From Aulosira sp. ZfuVER01 (GTDB taxonomy: Bacteria > Cyanobacteriota > Cyanobacteriia > Cyanobacteriales > Nostocaceae): DNA of 64,000 nucleotides. The DNA lies in NCBI GenBank assembly GCA_034530615.2, contig JAVRCV020000032.1:64001-128000 (forward strand). Reading direction: 5' to 3'. The notes under the pieces were generated by a model. The model was not told the origin of the DNA and searched no databases. It saw only the letters and a program-made list of their open reading frames with translations. Numbering within the stretch: the first letter of the stretch is position 1; each line of letters opens with the position of its first letter. The position numbers were made by a program, and so were the translations under genes. This document shows, one piece after another, positions 60,962 to 64,000 of this stretch.

Positions 60962-62377
60962 ATGACTACTTTCCCGGACTTGGAGAGATATACAAACAAT
61001 CAACAACAGCAAAGTTACCTTAACCAGGAACTGAATTTTGCTGCTGAGGATTACAGCCTTTTGACTGACCTTTATCAATTAACGATGGCAGCTTGTTACA
61101 CAGGTGAAGGTGTAGAGCAAAAACAAGCCAGCTTTGAATTATTTGTCAGGAAGTTACCAGAGGGTTTTGGCTATTTAATTGCAATGGGGCTAACGCAAGC
61201 CTTGGAATATTTGCAAAAATTGCGTTTTAGTTCCTCTCAGATAGCAGCCTTACAAGCGACAGGAATTTTTGCCCATGCGAGCGATCGCTTTTGGTCATTG
61301 CTAGCCGCAGGGTGTTTTACTGGAGATGTATGGGCAGTACCCGAAGGAACCGCCGTGTTTGCCAATCAGCCATTGCTGCGGATTGAAGCACCACTTTGGC
61401 AAGCACAACTAGTAGAAACCTATTTATTAAATACGATTAATTATCAAACTTTAATTGCCACCAGAGCAGCAAGAATCAGGGATGTAGCAGGAGAACAAGC
61501 AACACTTTTAGAATTTGGCACAAGAAGGGCATTTAGTCCTCAAGGTTCATTGTGGGCGGCGCGGGCGGCGTTAGCAGGGGGATTAGATTCAACTTCTAAT
61601 GTGTTAGCCGCGCTACAACTCCACCAAAAGCCAAGTGGTACGATGGCTCACGCCTTAGTTATGGCACTATCAGCAATGGAAGGTACTGAAGCACAAGCTT
61701 TTAGCGCATTTCATCGATATTTTCCGGGTGCGCCATTGTTGATTGATACTTACGATACGATCGCTGCTGCCCAAAAGTTAGCTCAAAAAGTAAATTCTGG
61801 TGAAATGCATTTGACTGGAGTGAGGTTAGACTCTGGAGATTTGGTGAGTTTGTCCAAACAAGTGCGATCGCTCCTTCCTAGCGTGACAATTTTTGCTAGT
61901 GGCGATTTGGATGAGTGGGAAATTGCCAGATTAAAAGCAGAGGGTGCGGAAATTGATGGCTATGGATTAGGTACAAAGCTAGTTACGGGTACGCCTGTTA
62001 ATGGTGTTTATAAACTTGTAGACATTGATGGTATCCCCGTCATGAAAGAATCCCGTGACAAAGCTACCTATCCCGGACGCAAGCAAATTTTTCGCTCGTT
62101 TGCCGGAGGGACAATCAAAGTAGATAGATTGGGATTAGCTACGGAAATGCCTTTGGGCGAAGAACCTTTGTTGCAACTGGTGATGAAAGCAGGGAAACAT
62201 CTGCAACCGCCAGAGTCTTTAGCAACAATTCGCCAACGTACCGCAGCCTCGGTTGCTAGTTTACCGCCGGAAACACGACGCTTAGATCGTCCTGTATCGG
62301 TGAATGTGGAAATTTCTGCCGCATTACAAGAGTTGACACAAAAGACTCACAAACGAATCGCAGAGGCACAGAAGTAA
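60962..62377 (+). CDS. pncB: Nicotinate phosphoribosyltransferase
   Basis: LLTDLYQLTM, EFGTRRA, GTMAH, LIDTYDT, GVRLDSGD, GTKL, VYKLV. Confidence 0.95.
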   Translation: MTTFPDLERYTNNQQQQSYLNQELNFAAEDYSLLTDLYQLTMAACYTGEGVEQKQASFELFVRKLPEGFGYLIAMGLTQALEYLQKLRFSSSQIAALQATGIFAHASDRFWSLLAAGCFTGDVWAVPEGTAVFANQPLLRIEAPLWQAQLVETYLLNTINYQTLIATRAARIRDVAGEQATLLEFGTRRAFSPQGSLWAARAALAGGLDSTSNVLAALQLHQKPSGTMAHALVMALSAMEGTEAQAFSAFHRYFPGAPLLIDTYDTIAAAQKLAQKVNSGEMHLTGVRLDSGDLVSLSKQVRSLLPSVTIFASGDLDEWEIARLKAEGAEIDGYGLGTKLVTGTPVNGVYKLVDIDGIPVMKESRDKATYPGRKQIFRSFAGGTIKVDRLGLATEMPLGEEPLLQLVMKAGKHLQPPESLATIRQRTAASVASLPPETRRLDRPVSVNVEISAALQELTQKTHKRIAEAQK

Positions 62378-62378
62378 A

Positions 62379-62981
62379 ATGATGAGAATTGCTTTATTTG
62401 GTACTAGTGCCGATCCACCAACAGCTGGGCATCAGGAGATTCTTAGTTGGTTGTCTGAGCATTATGATTGGGTGGCAGTTTGGGCGGCGGATAATCCTTT
62501 TAAAACCCATCAAACAGCATTGGTACATCGGGCAGCAATGTTGCAATTGTTGATTGCGGATATCCAGACATCACGGCACAATGTTGCGTTAGAACAGGAA
62601 TTAAGTAGTTTCCGAACTCTAGAGACAGTGGCCAAAGCGAAAGTTTGTTGGGGAGAGGATACCGAGTATACCTTGGTGATTGGTTCAGATTTACTGAATC
62701 AGCTACCCCGTTGGTATCAAGTTGAAGATTTGTTGCGGCAAGTGCAATTATTAGTAGTGCCGCGACCGGGATATGCGATAGATGAGTCTAGTTTAGAGGG
62801 AGTGCAAAAGCTAGGCGGGAAAATTGCGATCGCCAGTTTGACTGGACTAGATATTTCCTCCACAGCCTATCGCGAACATGGAGATTCCCAAGCGCTTACC
62901 CCCTCTATCGTCGCTTATATTAATCAAGAGCATTTGTACAAATGCCAGGACGCAACCACAAAAAGTTTCCAACTCCGGTAA
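62379..62981 (+). CDS. nadD: Nicotinate-nucleotide adenylyltransferase
   Basis: FGTSADPPTAGH, NPFK, IGSDL, ISSTAYR. Confidence 0.92.
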   Translation: MMRIALFGTSADPPTAGHQEILSWLSEHYDWVAVWAADNPFKTHQTALVHRAAMLQLLIADIQTSRHNVALEQELSSFRTLETVAKAKVCWGEDTEYTLVIGSDLLNQLPRWYQVEDLLRQVQLLVVPRPGYAIDESSLEGVQKLGGKIAIASLTGLDISSTAYREHGDSQALTPSIVAYINQEHLYKCQDATTKSFQLR

Positions 62982-63688
62982 ATCAACAACCTTTGGCTGA
63001 TTTTAAAGTTGGTGTTGATAATGTAATTTTTTCTGTAGATACTGCCCAAAATCGACTGCTCGTGCTGTTGGTGATGCGACAACAGGAGCCATTTTTAAAT
63101 TCTTGGAGTCTTCCCGGTACTTTGGTGCGTCAAGGCGAATCTTTAGAAGATGCTGCCTATCGGATCATGGCTGAAAAAATCCGCGTGAAGAATCTCTATT
63201 TAGAACAGTTATATACTTTTGGCGGACCGAATCGCGATCCACGGGAAGCCACTGATAGTTATGGTGTGCGTTATCTCTCCGTGAGTTATTTTGCCTTAGT
63301 GCGGTTTGAAGAAGCAGAATTAATTGCTGATGGCGTTACTGGTATAGCTTGGTATCCGGTGAAACAATTGCCACAATTAGCATTTGATCACAATCAAGTT
63401 TTGGCTTACGGACACAGGCGTTTACGCAATAAGTTGGAGTATAGCCCGGTAGCTTTTGAAGTTTTGCCAGAAATGTTTACTTTAAATGATTTATATCAGT
63501 TATACACGACAGTTTTAGGCGAAAACTTCTCCGATTATTCTAATTTTCGCTCTCGTCTACTCAAGTTAGGTTTTTTGTGCGATACCGGAATTAAGGTATC
63601 CCGTGGTGCTGGCCGTCCGGCCAGTTTGTATAAATTTGACGCTGAAGCCTTTGCCCCCTTTAAGGATAAGCCTTTGGTATTTATTTAA
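62942..63688 (+). CDS. nrtR: Nudix-related transcriptional regulator (Nudix + wHTH)
   Basis: WSLPG..GESLEDAAYR, LEQLYTFGGPNRDPR, LAFDH, FTLNDL..NFR..GRPASLY; lies in the NAD operon. Confidence 0.88.
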   Translation: MPGRNHKKFPTPVNQQPLADFKVGVDNVIFSVDTAQNRLLVLLVMRQQEPFLNSWSLPGTLVRQGESLEDAAYRIMAEKIRVKNLYLEQLYTFGGPNRDPREATDSYGVRYLSVSYFALVRFEEAELIADGVTGIAWYPVKQLPQLAFDHNQVLAYGHRRLRNKLEYSPVAFEVLPEMFTLNDLYQLYTTVLGENFSDYSNFRSRLLKLGFLCDTGIKVSRGAGRPASLYKFDAEAFAPFKDKPLVFI

Positions 63689-63744
63689 CTCTAAAGTCAA
63701 GAGTCAACAGGCAATAGACAAATGACCAATGACAAACAACTAAT

Positions 63745-64000
63745 ATGAAAATTGCGATCGCTCAACTTAATCCTAAAATTGGTGATTTAACGGGTAACGC
63801 CCAACAAATTCTGCAAGCAGCGCAAAAAGCAGTAGCATCTGGCGCGCGGTTGTTGTTAACGCCAGAACTTTCTTTGTGCGGCTATCCCCCGAGGGATTTA
63901 TTGCTAAATCCTAGTTTTGTGGCAGCAATGAATACTACTCTGAAAAAATTGGCGAGAGATTTACCGCCAAATTTAGCTGTTTTGGTAGGAACTGTAGAAG
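63745..64000 (+). CDS. nadE: Glutamine-dependent NAD+ synthetase (5' part only)
   Basis: Hand translation MKIAIAQLNPKIGDLTGNAQQI..LLLTPELSLCGYPPRDLL (nitrilase-type domain); operon context. Confidence 0.9.
   Translation, partial: MKIAIAQLNPKIGDLTGNAQQILQAAQKAVASGARLLLTPELSLCGYPPRDLLLNPSFVAAMNTTLKKLARDLPPNLAVLVGTVE

Noticed and set aside
1..64000. High density of GCGATCGC
   Set aside because: HIP1, a well-known genome-wide cyanobacterial feature; used only as a taxonomic clue

Overview
Chromosomal window from a heterocyst-forming (Nostocales-type) cyanobacterium, inferred from very frequent HIP1 octamers (GCGATCGC), heptamer STRR tracts and Nostoc-like proteins. Most of it is housekeeping: phoD, a GH31 glucosidase, dusB, mfd, rpiA, dxs, pyrB, an M16 peptidase, uvrB, rpe, an LCP protein and a pncB-nadD-nrtR-nadE NAD operon with a clear NrtR-type operator. 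Many small repeat and MITE elements are scattered between genes. No rRNA, tRNA, CRISPR array or intact transposase was seen. The best candidate for a poorly described system is 12990-16010. It holds a helical + VWA(MIDAS) protein resembling a divergent Ro60/TROVE and an ARPP-2-like protein with a C-terminal HTH, preceded by two palindromes and a ~75-95 nt self-complementary segment that could be a partner ncRNA. A second unexplained, strand-specific structured RNA candidate lies at 5791-5875 after an alr0857-family gene. Also noted: a decayed cyanoexosortase-A locus, a Glu-His-Ser subtilase next to a lipoprotein serpin, a PIN toxin-antitoxin pair, a 4x17-bp tandem repeat and small ORFs below the track cutoff. 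All family calls come from motif recognition by eye; no database search was run.
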